DNA from: Eledone cirrhosa
Lineage: Eukaryota
Assembly (NCBI GenBank): GCA_964016885.1
Contig: OZ024740.1
Coordinates: 111,910,001-111,974,000, forward strand
Direction: 5' to 3'
Length of the DNA: 64,000 bases
The first letter of the stretch is position 1; the number at the start of each line of letters is the position of its first letter. The notes under the pieces are model-generated. The model was not told the DNA's origin. It worked only from the letters and a program-made list of their open reading frames with translations, and searched no databases. Positions 1-14,264 of this stretch are shown one piece after another. The position numbers were made by a program, and so were the translations under genes.

Positions 1-769
1 TTCCGGCAAGACGTTTGTGTGATCCGGTTTAATTCCCCGGTTATGGCCATTTTTACATCTTTTATGTCACTAATGATATTGAGAAAACGGTCAGACAACC
101 ACACTTCACACATCACTCCTGCTGTTTCATACCTGACATTTTAATATCAATGTCAGAAACTGTTTTCTATTTCGTCTCAAATAAAATTGCGAAATGTATG
201 AACGCCACACAATCACTGGGAGACGTCAAAACACATAGTTCAGTTTAATACCATTACTTGACCCTTGGGTATCTTTAGTCTAGTCAACTGTAGTGGTAGA
301 CTTAATCCGTCACCTGGTCGTTGGATGTCTTTCACCGAATCCACTAGAAAAGTAGAGTTGACCCGGATTGATACCATTATCTGAACTTTGGGTGTATTTA
401 GCCATGTCCACTTGAGAAGTAGACCTAATACATGGCCCTGTTTAACAACACCATTTGACCCATGTCCACTGGAAAAAAAAAACTTAACTCAACAGCTTTA
501 CCACCATCACTTAGAACTTGGGTATTTTCTTTCAAGTCGACTGGGTTTCTTCAGTAGAGTACGAGGGTTGGCTGAAAAATTCATAAACTGACTATGAAGG
601 AGTGATGCTAGAGCTATGAAATCTTGCATACATTAATTTCAATTCTTAATAACAACTACATTCTGTTTTTCCAGGACTACGTTGAAAAGTAAACGACATT
701 TTGTCATTCCATGCAAGCAACTTGGTCAGCCCATGAATGTTTCAGCCAACCTTCGTATATTCTGTTGCA

Positions 770-935
770 GCGAGTCGTTAAAATGTCGTATCGAATGCTC
801 TGTGGTATTCGTTCCAGATCTCTGCACAAGCAGTTCAAATCCTGCCAAGGTTAACATTGTAGTCCATCGTTCCGAGGTCAACCTTTCCGTTCATCATTTC
901 GAGATCGATAAATAAAATATCAGTCTAGTACTGGA
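770..935 (+). mobile_element. Degenerate tRNA-derived SINE (family 1)
   Basis: B-box-like GTTCAAATCC followed by GCCAAGGTTAAC...TCGATAAATAAAATATCAGT, matching the better copies at 12099 and 19447. Confidence 0.6.
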
Positions 936-936
936 G

Positions 937-1022
<86 letters not shown>

Positions 1023-2019
1023 AGTTGTGTTCAGACATGGATAAAGATAGGATCCACCATGTTTAGTTACGCAAGACACATGTATATCACTAGGACGCTC
1101 CTACGACTGCATCAAGAATTAAGGCCAAATGGGAGAATTCAGGTTAGGTTTTCTGTCAGAGAAAAACATTCTCCTTTTCTGCCACCTGTCGGTAGATACT
1201 GAAAAGAGTTCTGAGTGTTAGTCATCCCTCTTCTGACATAACATTTAAATAAAATGTTTTTATATTTTAATATTTAGCAATTCCCCATCACGGCGATATT
1301 ATATTTCGGAAAAACAGAAAATAATACACGATATCATAAATTATATAAATAGTTTTGTACTCATTATAATTATATATATATATATATATATATGAAGTTA
1401 TATCTGTGCATATACAGAGTGGGTAACCGAGACTCTGTCAATGAGCATATGAATATAATTTTAATGTATAGATATGTAAACATAAAGGAAATACGAATTT
1501 CCCCATAAATTGAAAAAGATAATAAATACCTTGAATCGATTTTCGGATCTAGTTGGATGAAGGTATGTATATCATCTAAACATGCACAAAGAAACATGAA
1601 TTTGATGGGTTTATATATGCATTTGCTCATAGTAGTATTCTGAAATGGAGGTATTGATTATATGCAAAATATAATATGAACGCATTACCATATATATATA
1701 TATATATTCTCTGACATAAATTCCACAATTTAAGAATGACCTGTAGTATCTATTTCATACTATTAACCTTAATTGAATATATATCTGACCAGGAATGCTT
1801 TTTGTGAAAATCAGTCATATGGAACTATTGTCATGTTGCCTGACGGTTTGAACTTTACAATACCACCTGCCTCTTTGGGTCAAATACCAACCCTATTACC
1901 ATCTACAAACTGACCAATGAGAATCAAGACTATTCCTGCTGACACATTAAATTATTCCTAACAAGCTCATATGTCCCAAGGCTCTGATAGCATCAACACT
2001 ATAAACATAGAACTCACTA

Positions 2020-2075
2020 ACTACCTGATGAGGTCATAGCCATTCAATGGCTATCATCGAAATATATATAGCAGT
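2020..2075 (+). ncRNA. Type I hammerhead ribozyme candidate
   Basis: actac-CTGATGA(2025-2031)-stem II containing atagccat/atggctat-GAAA(2059)-tatata-TA-gcagt; one mismatch in stem I. Confidence 0.6.
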
Positions 2076-2116
2076 AAATAAAGGATTATGAGTTCATGCA
2101 ATTGACTTATGTTTCG

Positions 2117-2186
<70 letters not shown>

Positions 2187-2262
2187 TATAAAGGACGTAA
2201 AATAAGAAAATATTTTTTTTAAAAAAATTTTTTAAAAAAATTTTTTTCTTACTTAAATTTTC

Positions 2263-2344
2263 ACTCCAACTAATTAGTTTCTGCAATGGGATAAAGACAG
2301 TTACGTAATCCAACTGTCGAGAATTCATTGCGTCATCAGGAAGT
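2263..2344 (-). ncRNA. Type I hammerhead ribozyme (family M)
   Basis: Minus strand: acttc-CTGATGA-long stem II (gcaatg/cattgc; gacagtt/aactgtc)-GAAA-ctaattag-TT-ggagt; palindromic stem III AACTAATTAGTT. Confidence 0.8.
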
Positions 2345-2810
2345 CTATTCTCAGTTAAGTCTCCAGGCAATGCGCGGACACTGGCGGCTCATATAAAAAT
2401 AATAATAATTCGGTAGATCGAACAGCTTGCGAGGACTGGATTCTATGTATCGAAATTCTCACTGCTTCAAGTCAAATGGCCGATTCTAAAGAATCAATCA
2501 CGTGACACAGAGGCTAGTTAGAAGGAATGGGATGGTAAGATGACTGACGCCTACTAACACCCCAAAAAAAAATTTTTTTAGAAGTGGTTTTGACAAGTTT
2601 GCTCGACAAATCAGTGATTTGGAGATAAATATAGATAATTTAATATATCAACTAACATAAGCGCACAGATGCACGCCCATGCCAGCAAATACACAGGTTA
2701 TGTCATAGTACCTAGGTGGTTCAATGCAGGAGAATGCAGAACAATAATATAAAGGACGTAAAATAAGAAAATATTTTTTTAAAAAAAATTTTTTTCTTAC
2801 TTAAATTTTC

Positions 2811-2892
2811 ACTCCAACTAATTAGTTTCTGCAATGGGATAAAGACAGTTACGTAATCCAACTGTCGAGAATTCATTGCGTCATCAGGAAGT
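2811..2892 (-). ncRNA. Type I hammerhead ribozyme (family M)
   Basis: Same sequence as 2263-2344, 548 nt away. Confidence 0.8.
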
Positions 2893-3460
2893 CTATTCTC
2901 AGTTAAGTCTCCAGGCAATGCGCGGACACTGGCGGCTCATATAAAAATAATAATAATTCGGTAGATCGAACAGCTTGCGAGGACTGGATTCTATGTATCG
3001 AAATTCTCACTGCTTCAAGTCAAATGGCCGATTCTAAAGAATCAATCACGTGACACAGAGGCTAGTTAGAAGGAATGGGATGGTAAGATGACTGACGCCT
3101 ACTAACACCCCAAAAAAAAATTTTTTTTAGAAGTGGTTTTGACAAGTTTGCTCGACAAATCAGTGATTTGGAGATAAATATAGATAATTTAATATATCAA
3201 CTAACATAAGCGCACAGATGCACGCCCATGCCAGCAAATACACAGGTTATGTCATAGTACCTAGGTGGTTCAATGCAGGAGAATGCAGAACAATAATATA
3301 AAGGACGTAAAATAAGAAAATATTTTTTCCTGCATTGAACCACCTAGGTACTATGACATAACCTGTGTATTTGCTGGCATGGGCGTGCATCTGTGCGCTT
3401 ATGTTAGTTGATATATTAAATTATCTATATATATAAATATATATAGTTTTAATATAGATG

Positions 3461-3511
3461 AGATTCTACAGGACTAGAACTGTTTCATTCTTTAGAAATC
3501 ATCAGGAATCT
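3461..3511 (-). ncRNA. Type I hammerhead ribozyme (family N)
   Basis: agattc-CTGATGA-tttctaaagaat-GAAA-cag..ctg-TA-gaatct; perfect 6-bp stem I. Confidence 0.8.
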
Positions 3512-3684
3512 GACTGTCCAAAATAAATGTTGTGGTATTTATATCTTTTCAGGTGGTAGACTTAAAGAATTAGCTTTTAATGAATTCCATTTTCTTTCAA
3601 CCGATGACCTCCACCCATCCAACTCCCCACTCTCTCCTACCACCTGAAAAGATATAAATACCACAACATTTATTTTGGACAGCC

Positions 3685-3735
3685 AGATTCCTGATGATTT
3701 CTAAAGAATGAAACAGCTCTAGTCCTGTACAATCT
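3685..3735 (+). ncRNA. Type I hammerhead ribozyme (family N, inverted copy)
   Basis: agattc-CTGATGA-...-GAAA-cag..ctg-TA-caatct; one stem I mismatch next to the cleavage site. Confidence 0.7.
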
Positions 3736-3821
3736 CATCTATATTAAAACTTTTATACTCTGCTATGTATTGAGTACCTTACTTACTGTGGTTACCTCCG
3801 ATTCAACCCGGAATAACTTAG

Positions 3822-3907
<86 letters not shown>

Positions 3908-4100
3908 TTTCCTGGGTCCTGTATTTTCGTTGCTCTAGTGATGCGGCTGGACTGCCGACTGCTATATCTAATCTGCTAAGCTGTCTGAACATAATGTTAT
4001 TACTCTGGGGTCTTACCTCGTCTGAGTGCTAAAGCTACAAACCGAATAAGCATACACGCTAGCTTGGCCGTATACTAGAACTTCGTCTATGCTGTACTAA

Positions 4101-4140
<40 letters not shown>

Positions 4141-4146
4141 CATATA

Positions 4147-4333
<187 letters not shown>

Positions 4334-4383
4334 AATCAGGAAAGAAGGTTTACATGGTTTGCTATACAAAAAAGTTTTAATCA

Positions 4384-4496
4384 CATAGCTTACATTTGTT
4401 TCACTGAACTGGTATGTCTAGAGATCGCTATCCGCTTAATTTTGCGTTACTCGATCGCCAATACAGAATTATAACCAGTCAGATCTTCGGAGCATG
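4384..4496 (-). ncRNA. Hammerhead candidate with CCGAAGA core (family S), possibly in the 3' pLTR of the adjacent PLE
   Basis: atgct-CCGAAGA-ctgactgg...ccagttcag-GAAA-caaatg-TA-agc; homologous to 18437-18541, which reads TGACGA...GAAACAATTGTC. Confidence 0.55.
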
Positions 4497-5257
4497 CGAG
4501 AATGAAGAAAATACACAGGCAAGAAAAGAAAAGAAAATACGACTACTATATGGAGTAGTTATGGCATTCAATTAGAACAATAACAACAACAATTATTACA
4601 ACAATGCTATCAATAAACTATTTAAGGAGACCCTGACATTACTTAGGTGGGGGGTATATAATGTATCTAATGTTACGGCGAAAAACCAGCTGTCATAAGG
4701 CAAAAAGTATCGTAGTGTGTATCAATTTTAAATTATAAAGATAAGCTAGTTTTTACAGTCTTTCTCTTCATCTTCAACAGTATACATGGGTGGGAACACT
4801 GTCAAAGCTCAATAGTTGTAGAGTTAATACAGAGGTTAACGAATTAATATACGCATATATCTACGCACACACACACACACACACATACACATACACACAC
4901 ACACACATATATATATATAAATATATATACACATATATACACATATATGTGTACATAGACACATACATACACATCACTATACACTCGTACAAAAATATAC
5001 ATACATGCAAAGAGAAAAGCGTGCTAATTGTAATTATGGCAAAATGAAGGTAAAGTAACATTGTAGTAGTGAAATGAGAAAAACTAGGATCTAGGATCAA
5101 ATGATTACAGCAGCTGAGAAGGAGTAAGATTGTTGGTAGATGAGGTACTTACAGACAATTGTGTGGTATAGACTTGTGAAGGAAATAGTATACTTAAAGA
5201 ATATATTTCTGTGGGTAGTAGGTATCCTAATTTAAAGCTATGTTATGTTGGTTCGAT

Positions 5258-6750
5258 TCACGGAGGTTTGAATCTTATGAATTTAGTGGCTATTCTATGT
5301 CTGCAGAAGATAGATCTTTCTAACTTATTATTAAGTAGCCTTTTAACATTTCTAAGGATATACAATAGCTCAAGATCACACAGCCCGCAATAGGACATCC
5401 CTGTACTATAGGTTTTAGCAGCCGACAACTTCGACCAGTTGATAGTGTAGCTAGCGTTGCTGTCCTTCAATTCCCATATTTTTCTGGCGAGGGTGGTGGA
5501 ACCCATAAGTGCACGGTTTTTCATTGAGTGCCTGTGCACATACCATCTTTTCTTAAAAGAACCCGCGGTGGATCCTATGTAATTCCAGGTGGAGTTACCC
5601 GAGATGACAGTGCACATGTACACCAGGCTCGAATCGAGACATCTGTTCGCCAATGGGCACCTATCTGGGAGGTGACAGTTGCAGTTTGAGGCGCTATTTT
5701 GTGCAGCTTTTACATTCCTATTTAGTACCCTGTTATAAGTGGGTTGTGATATATGCCCAATGGGGTTTTGCTGCTGCGCGTTTGTATGCGCTTGTGGTTG
5801 TGATGTTGTGATGAGTTTGTGCTTATGTATAGGTGCAATTGATTTACTTGAGATATTTCTGTGGTTGATCTTGCGTATGTGTGATTCTATGTTAGCTGCT
5901 GTTGAGAAAGAGAGTTTTATAGTAGATCTATTGAGTATTTTGTGATATCTATGCGAGATAGGGAAATGTTTATCTATTAGTTTAAAGAATGTAGAGGGCA
6001 GTCTAGTTTTTATAGAGGAGTTGAATATTGGGTTGAACCATAGGTATTTTCTTTGTCTGTTTCTTCTATTGTTTCTAGGGTTTACGTTATTAGTGTTTTG
6101 GCCGTTTACTCTAGGTGTTACATGTCTAACCCTATGTCTAGTCAAGCTATTCCTATTATTATGTGAGCGGTTAGAGTAGAAATTACTAGGATTGTTTATG
6201 TTGTCCTTATTCACTATATACTGTAGTTTATCTTTATGACCGGCCCTACTTAATGCTGCATTATAATAGTCAGCATGCTCGTTAAAGATTTCTAGGTTTG
6301 AGGATAAGCGGGATATTCGGAGGGATATACTACGTGCTATGGATTTAATTATGGATTTGGGGTGATTTGAGTTGTAACTAATGTAGGCAAGATTTTCATT
6401 ATTTTTGTGGAAAGGTTCTATTAATCCAGTATTTAGATTTAGAGTTACATCTAGAAAATTTACCTTCTTATGGTTTAGTTCGTAGGTAATACTTAGGCCT
6501 AGTTTTTTGAAGAATATTCTAATATTTTTCCTTAGTCTTTCCATGCTCTGGTTGTTTAGGTTCCTAGCTATAAGTAACGTGTCGTCCCTATAAATTCCTC
6601 CTTGGAGGTTACTGAATTCCTTATGTAGGTTGTGTGCTATGAATAGCCCCACGATATCTGTAATTTGCGCAGAATCATTTGATCCCATTGTAATATCGAA
6701 GCTATTTATTCTATCCTTTCTTACCCAGTAGTTATTTTCAAATTTTACGA
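5258..6750 (-). mobile_element. 5'-truncated Penelope-like element: C-terminal half of RT plus GIY-YIG endonuclease, reading frame open
   Basis: FDITMGS, GIYRDD, FLDVTL and SNHP motifs; Cys-rich linker CNC..CPL..C; LVY...YIGST...KKRW..H GIY-YIG motif. The first ~20 aa of ORF 5258..6808 come from the flanking repeat and (TA)n. Confidence 0.9.
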
Positions 6751-6765
6751 TATATATATATATAT

Positions 6766-7062
<297 letters not shown>

Positions 7063-7362
7063 ACATATATATATATATTTTAGAAAGTGGGTTTTTTTTT
7101 TACAGAATGAAAAATAACCGAGGTGTCCTACACGAGTGAAAGTATAAAGAAAAAAGATGAAATCGAAAATGCAACTGGAGTCTTATTTTTAAAAAAATAT
7201 ATCTATTTATTTGGTTCCTTTACCGGTTTCGCAGTTCTTCTGCTTTTCAAAAGTAGAGTTGAGATGGACGGTCTATGGTTTTTCTCACACACATATATAT
7301 ATATATATATAAAAGACGTAAAATAAGAGAATTATGAAAATTGACTTACTTACTAAAGCTTC

Positions 7363-7443
7363 ACTCCAACTAATTAGTTTCTGTAAGGGAATATATATGG
7401 TTACGCAACGCAATCATAGAGAAACCTTACGTCATCAGGGAGT
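7363..7443 (-). ncRNA. Type I hammerhead ribozyme (diverged family M copy)
   Basis: actcc-CTGATGA-c-gtaagg...ccttac-a-GAAA-ctaattag-TT-ggagt; compensatory stem II changes relative to the 2263 copy. Confidence 0.8.
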
Positions 7444-7577
7444 CTATATAAGGATTTATATATGTATATATTTAGACATAGTCACAGATACATATATGAG
7501 TGTGGCTACCTTCCACGGTGTGGCTCAATGAAAAGACTAATTAGGTAAATCATTTTTAATCAGAGCTATATAAAATT

Positions 7578-7885
7578 ATAAGTTTGAAGAACAGCCAGAT
7601 AAAATTGAAGTTTATAAACATTTTTTCTTCAAACTTGCATTTTAGACTTAGCTCCGTTTAAATGATTATTTGTCTAGTTAATTTCTACGGGCTAAGAAGA
7701 AAGATTAGGTAAATTTTATCTGGCTGTTCCTCGTGGGTGATAGTCTGTATCATTTATCTCTTTATTTCTTCGAAGTTACATTTTAGACTTAGCTCCGTTT
7801 AAATGATTATTTATCTAGTTAATTTCTACGGACTAAGGAGAAGAAAAATTGAATATATTTTATCTGACTGTTCTTCAAACTTATA
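7578..7885. repeat. 140-bp tandem duplication with a short inverted end
   Basis: CATTTTAGACTTAGCTCCG at 7639 and 7779; 7578-7606 is roughly inverted relative to 7856-7885. Confidence 0.6.
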
Positions 7886-7889
7886 TATA

Positions 7890-8294
<405 letters not shown>

Positions 8295-8452
8295 GGCAAC
8301 ACTCATCTTTTTCCATTTCTCCGAGGGTTATAAACCCCACTATCAGGTTATTTAGTCTAAAATACGGTGAAAGCTTATAATTTTTAATTTCTAATTTCAA
8401 ACTCGCGCACCGTTTCAAAAACATACTTACATGTTTACGTTTATAATTTGCT

Positions 8453-8486
<34 letters not shown>

Positions 8487-8610
8487 AGAAAAGAGTCAGA
8501 ATCCTGACGGCAGAGCTCAAGTCGTTTCGACAGCTATTTCTGGACGCATATATATGAGCTTGAGTAACGTTTTCCACTATTTTATTTCTTCCTTATGTTT
8601 TTTCCCCTCT

Positions 8611-8745
<135 letters not shown>

Positions 8746-9590
8746 AAAGATTATATTGGTGATGCTGGGATTTTCAGTGATAATAACAGGCAACCATCGG
8801 AGTCTGGCTTAAATTCAGTGAACATCAATAAGTAATACAGCTATTGAACTGTTCACAGATTTATTACAATAACAGGGCTACACACATGTCTGTAGCAGAT
8901 TTTACCTGTGACGATGATTATGAACTTTTTAATATTATTGTTGTTAGCGTATGTTGTCGCGAGTGTTTTGTGGTTGTTGTTCTTGTGGTTATTTTGGTAG
9001 TTGATGTGGTGGCTATAGCTGATGTCTTTGTGGTCGTTGGTAGTTGTTGATGTTGTATCACAAAGAGTGTGTGATCGATATTTCATTGGTGATTGTATAA
9101 GGCGCCAAGCACTAGAATGTAACAACTGATCATGATGATGATGATGACAATGACGATGATTGTGATGATTATGGAGATGATGGTTCTTGTCATAATGGCA
9201 CCAATATTTCTGGTGGTGTATGATGTACAGGTCTGCGGTGGCGGTCTGTGACTATGGAAGACTTGTCAGTCTTCATTGGTACTCCGTGTTGGTGGTGGTG
9301 TGTTATGGTAGCGTATAGTCTGTGGTGGTGGTGTGGGTGTAAAGATGGTCTGCGTTGGTGATGGTGGCGGAGTTTTGTAAAGGTGGGCTTTGGTGATGGT
9401 GGTTTTTGTAAATAGGTCTGTGGTGGTTGGTGGTGGTGTTGATGGTGGTGTTTTGAAAATGTGGTCTGTGGTGGTTGTGGTGTGTGGTCTGCAATAGCGG
9501 AAGTCGAGATGAAATGATTCACCTTATTGATTTCCATATTGACTCCGTGCTCGGAAGAATCACTTTGCAAATACATGTGTACTATATATA

Positions 9591-9634
<44 letters not shown>

Positions 9635-9664
9635 TGCAAACAACAAAGATATCTCTTCCCACCT

Positions 9665-9698
<34 letters not shown>

Positions 9699-9706
9699 CC
9701 ACCTAA

Positions 9707-9794
<88 letters not shown>

Positions 9795-10119
9795 CTTCTA
9801 TCTCTCTCTCTCTCTTTCATCGTGTCCTTCAAGCATAGAAAAACACATACGCAAACACTCACACACACAGTCTCCCTCACACACAAACAATCTCTCTCCC
9901 CCCTCTCTCTCTCTCTCATTCATGTAAATACAAATGGTATTTACATATGGTCTATCTCTCCCTCAACCTCTTTCCCCCTTCTCATCTCTGTCTGTCGCTC
10001 GCCTTTGTTTTCAACACCCCATTCCCTCCTATATACACCCTTAATAGAATAGATATTATGTATGCTCTGTAAATATGCTTTACACACAAATAATACCCTG
10101 GAAATAAACAAATATATAA

Positions 10120-10175
<56 letters not shown>

Positions 10176-10341
10176 AGCAACAAATGAATGAATATAAATA
10201 AGCCTAATAGAAATAAATAGATGGACTATAAATAAGGATATATGGTTGGATATATATACATACATGCATATATATATATATATATATATACATATATATA
10301 CATATATCCATATTTATATACATATATACATATATATATAC

Positions 10342-10423
<82 letters not shown>

Positions 10424-10744
10424 GTGGAGGAGAGATGTATGTGTATGAATAAATATCAAATACTATCGGAAAGAAAGAAAGCAAGGTATAAAGGGAGTAT
10501 CAATAAAGGGGTGGCGGAGTGTATATAGATGGACTGAAGTAGTTAATATATTCCACTGCATGCCACTTATGATGGGATGAATAACAATCAATATACAATG
10601 ATGGAATACCTCTCTCTAGATATCGATACACACACACACACATATAAATATATATATATATATATACCTTGTTGATGTATTATTTGCCTTATATATATGT
10701 ATATATATATATATATATGTGCGTGTGTGTATATATATATGTGC

Positions 10745-10780
<36 letters not shown>

Positions 10781-10928
10781 GCGTGTGTGTGTATATATAT
10801 ATATGTGTGTGCGTGTGTGTAAGTATACATATATATATATGCATATATATATATGCATATATATATATATATGATATATATAATATATATATATATATAT
10901 CAGTCTCTGTCTATCTAAATACACAGAC

Positions 10929-10991
<63 letters not shown>

Positions 10992-11015
10992 TCTGTGTCT
11001 ATCTAAATACACAGA

Positions 11016-11069
<54 letters not shown>

Positions 11070-11584
11070 CAGTCTGTGTCTATCTAAATACACGTGTGTG
11101 TGTATTCAACGCACTGCAACAGGTATACAATTGCTACATAGATAGACTGGGAGAGAATCACAAAAGGTTTACTCTGTTCTAGGCCTAAACAGATCCTTTG
11201 ATATATCACATTTGTGTATGTATATATATTTATGTGTACAAACAGAGAAAGAGGACTGACACATATACACGCATAAATACAGACATGCATTAACACATAC
11301 ATAGACACACACGTTCTTACATGCACACATACATATACACACGTAAATACATGCCCACATACATAAACACATACACACATCAAATACATGCACACATACA
11401 TACACATATTAAATACATGCCACACATACATAAACACATACGTACACACATACATACACACATCAAATACATGCACACATACATACACATATCAAATACA
11501 TGCACACATACATGAACACATACATACCACACTACATGTACGCAATACACACTGATCACATAAGGACGGTAAGTTAATTAATTG

Positions 11585-11835
11585 TTTCTATTTTAGGCAC
11601 AAGGCCAGCAAATCCTGTCGAGGTTAACTTTGCCCTTTCATCCCTTACGGGGTCGATACAATAAAGTACCAGTAATGTACTAACATTACTGGTACTTTTC
11701 TTTTTATCGACCCCCGAAGGATGAAAGGCAAAGTTAACCTCGACAGGATCTTGAACTTAGACTCGTAAAGGGACGGAACTATCTGACTTGCGAAAGCATG
11801 CTCCGACCCTCTACCGATACTACCAATTCACCGCC
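11585..11835. mobile_element. Tail-to-tail inverted pair of family 1 SINE fragments
   Basis: GAGGTTAACTTTGCC...AGTACCAGTAATG followed directly by its reverse complement. Confidence 0.7.
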
Positions 11836-12098
11836 CTAGTTAATTAATGACTATAAATTATTGATACTATAATATCGATAGTCTCTCGGTTTATATCAAA
11901 GTAGGACGGACCACTCCTAATTATAAGTTAAATATGTTAGAGATATTTTACAGGTATACATATACATATATTATAATAACGAAGAGGCTCCACCGCCGAA
12001 ATTTCAGAAGATAAAACTTATGATCTTCTCACAAAAATAGATTGCTCATTGACTGTCCTACATACGGGTGTATATACAACACGTTTTTACTATATTAC

Positions 12099-12280
12099 TG
12101 GATTGGCAGTATCGGTAGAGGGTCGGACGCCATGCTTTGACGCATAGAGTTACGGCCTTTGCCATTCTGAGTTCAAATCCCGCCGAGGTTAACTTTGCCT
12201 TTCATCCTTACGGGGTCGATAAAATAAAGTACCAGTAATGTACTGGGTAATTGCTGGCCTTGTGCCAAAAGTAGAAACAA
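12099..12280 (+). mobile_element. tRNA-derived SINE (family 1)
   Basis: A-box-like TGGCAGTATCGG, B-box GAGTTCAAATCC, body GAGGTTAACTTTGCCTTTCATCCTTACGGGGTCGATAAAATAAAGTACCAG. Confidence 0.8.
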
Positions 12281-12311
12281 ATATATTACAGTAATGTTTT
12301 TATATATCGAT

Positions 12312-12481
12312 TTGTTTCTACATTTGGCACAAAGCCAGCAATTATCCCAGTACGTTACTGGTGCTTTATTTTACTGACCCCGTAAGGATGAATGCCAAAT
12401 TTAACCTCGGCAGAATTTGAAGTCAGACCGTAAAGGGCCGTAACTCTGTGCTGAAAATCATGGCGTCCGACCCTCTACCGG
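12312..12481 (-). mobile_element. tRNA-derived SINE (family 1), inverted relative to its neighbour
   Basis: Reverse complement of the 12099-12280 consensus. Confidence 0.75.
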
Positions 12482-12671
12482 TACATCCTTTATATATCGG
12501 TAATATTGTGTGGATTTATATTCTTCCATACTTAATTACGGTTGGATAAAATATTTTGTGGTATTGTTCCGCCTCCCCGAGCTTTCTCAGTTCAAATCCT
12601 GCCGAAGTCAACTTTGTCTTTCATTCTTTTCGAGGTCGATAAAAGAAGTACCATTCCCGTACTGCAGTTGA

Positions 12672-12789
<118 letters not shown>

Positions 12790-13189
12790 CTCTCTCTTTC
12801 TATCCCTCTCTCCCTCTCTCTCTCTCGGTTGGGTGTAAAGTGCCCAAGGCACGCCGTATATCAAGCCGGCATCCGTTCAAATTCACCACGAGTTACGGTT
12901 CCATACATACACTGTGTGTGTGTGTAGAATCAAACTATCATTTAATACTTATTTTTAAGTCTTCTATATTTTTATATTTGATATATTTTTTGTTTTGAGA
13001 ATATATATATTATTAAATTTACTAAGAAAAAATTAAAAAAGGGGAAACAAAAGGAAAGAAAGAATAAGGAAATATAGAAAAAAAAGAGAGAAAGAAAGAA
13101 GAAAATGAACGGGAAGGGGAGGGGATGGCAAGAGCTCCGGTGTCGCAAAAGAGAGGTGAGGGGTGAAGGTGGAGGGTGATTGGGCTTTG

Positions 13190-13430
13190 GGCCTAGGGCA
13201 AGAGGGCAGAAGCGCTGCGCCCCGCTGACAAGGCGATTGCCAGAGACACCAGCTGCAACAGCCACCCAACCTTGCGGGGCTCCCTCCTCAGACGGGTCGC
13301 CGACGCTCCGATCTCGCGAAGGAGCTCGGCAGTACGGGGTCCAAGTACGCCTGAGGTCTCGACGGTGACCAGTGATGCGAAGAGGAAGCGGCCCGACAAA
13401 CCCACGTATTTGTTTATAACGTCTCGTTTG
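13190..13430 (-). pseudogene. 3' fragment of an RLE-type non-LTR retrotransposon (CRE-like)
   Basis: VETSGVLGPRTAELLREIG...WLLQLVSLAI resembles the C-terminus of CRE-like restriction-like endonucleases; GC-rich island. Confidence 0.55.
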
Positions 13431-13774
13431 AAGATGTTAGACCTTTGACGATTCCGATAACATGTGTTTTAGGTGTTCGAAACGAGGAGCAGCTTGACGA
13501 AAAAATAACATGCAAGTGGCTAAGCATACCACAAACATGTCAACCCTTAACACAACAGAGAGATGGGGCCGATGACGGTAGGAATTCGGCTCTTCCGTGT
13601 TCGGACACATTGCACCTGTCATGAGCATATAATTGGTTGCTATACCTACAGTAATCATAGATTTTCTATAATGCATTGTTTTACTGACTCTCTATTCTCA
13701 GAGATTCAGTGTCAAATAGTGTTTGACAGGGTTGGACATTTGAATTTCAGATACAATTCAATTCATTGATGCCG

Positions 13775-13900
13775 GTTGAATGAAATGAAGCAGACTGAAA
13801 TAAAGTGTCTTGCTGAAGGACACAACGTGTAGCCGCAAATCGAACTAACGACCTTTGAATCGATAACAAAACAACCTAGCCACTAAACAATGTACCTTCA
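13775..13900 (-). mobile_element. tRNA-derived SINE (family 2, CORE/V-like central motif), degenerate
   Basis: Minus strand GTTCGATT...GTTGTGTCCTTCAGCAAGACACTTTATTTC. Confidence 0.55.
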
Positions 13901-14112
13901 CAACGTATGAAGACATACATACATGCAATCATGGATACATGCATACATACATACATACATACATACATACATACATACATACATACATACATACATACAC
14001 ACACACATACACACACACATACATACATACATACATACATACATACATACATACATACATACATACATACATACATACATACATACATACATACACACAC
14101 ACGTACACACAC

Positions 14113-14144
<32 letters not shown>

Positions 14145-14264
14145 TCATGCATACATACATGCATAGATACATACATGCATGCAAGCATGGATACATACAC
14201 ACACATATACATGCATACATACATGCATACATAATACATATATTCATACATAGATGCATACATG

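Larger units (their letters stand above)
2186..3430 (-). mobile_element. Non-coding tandem HHR element (family M): ~2.05 units of ~550 bp plus terminal inversion; retrozyme-like or non-autonomous PLE
   Basis: AAGGACGTAAAATAAG recurs at 2191, 2752 and 3301; 3328-3430 is an inverted copy of 3179-3280; (TA)n flanks; one HHR per unit. Confidence 0.8.
3445..3751. repeat. Foldback cassette (family N) with an HHR in each arm
   Basis: Arms ~3445-3559 and ~3638-3751 are inverted copies of each other; (TA)-rich flanks. Confidence 0.8.
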
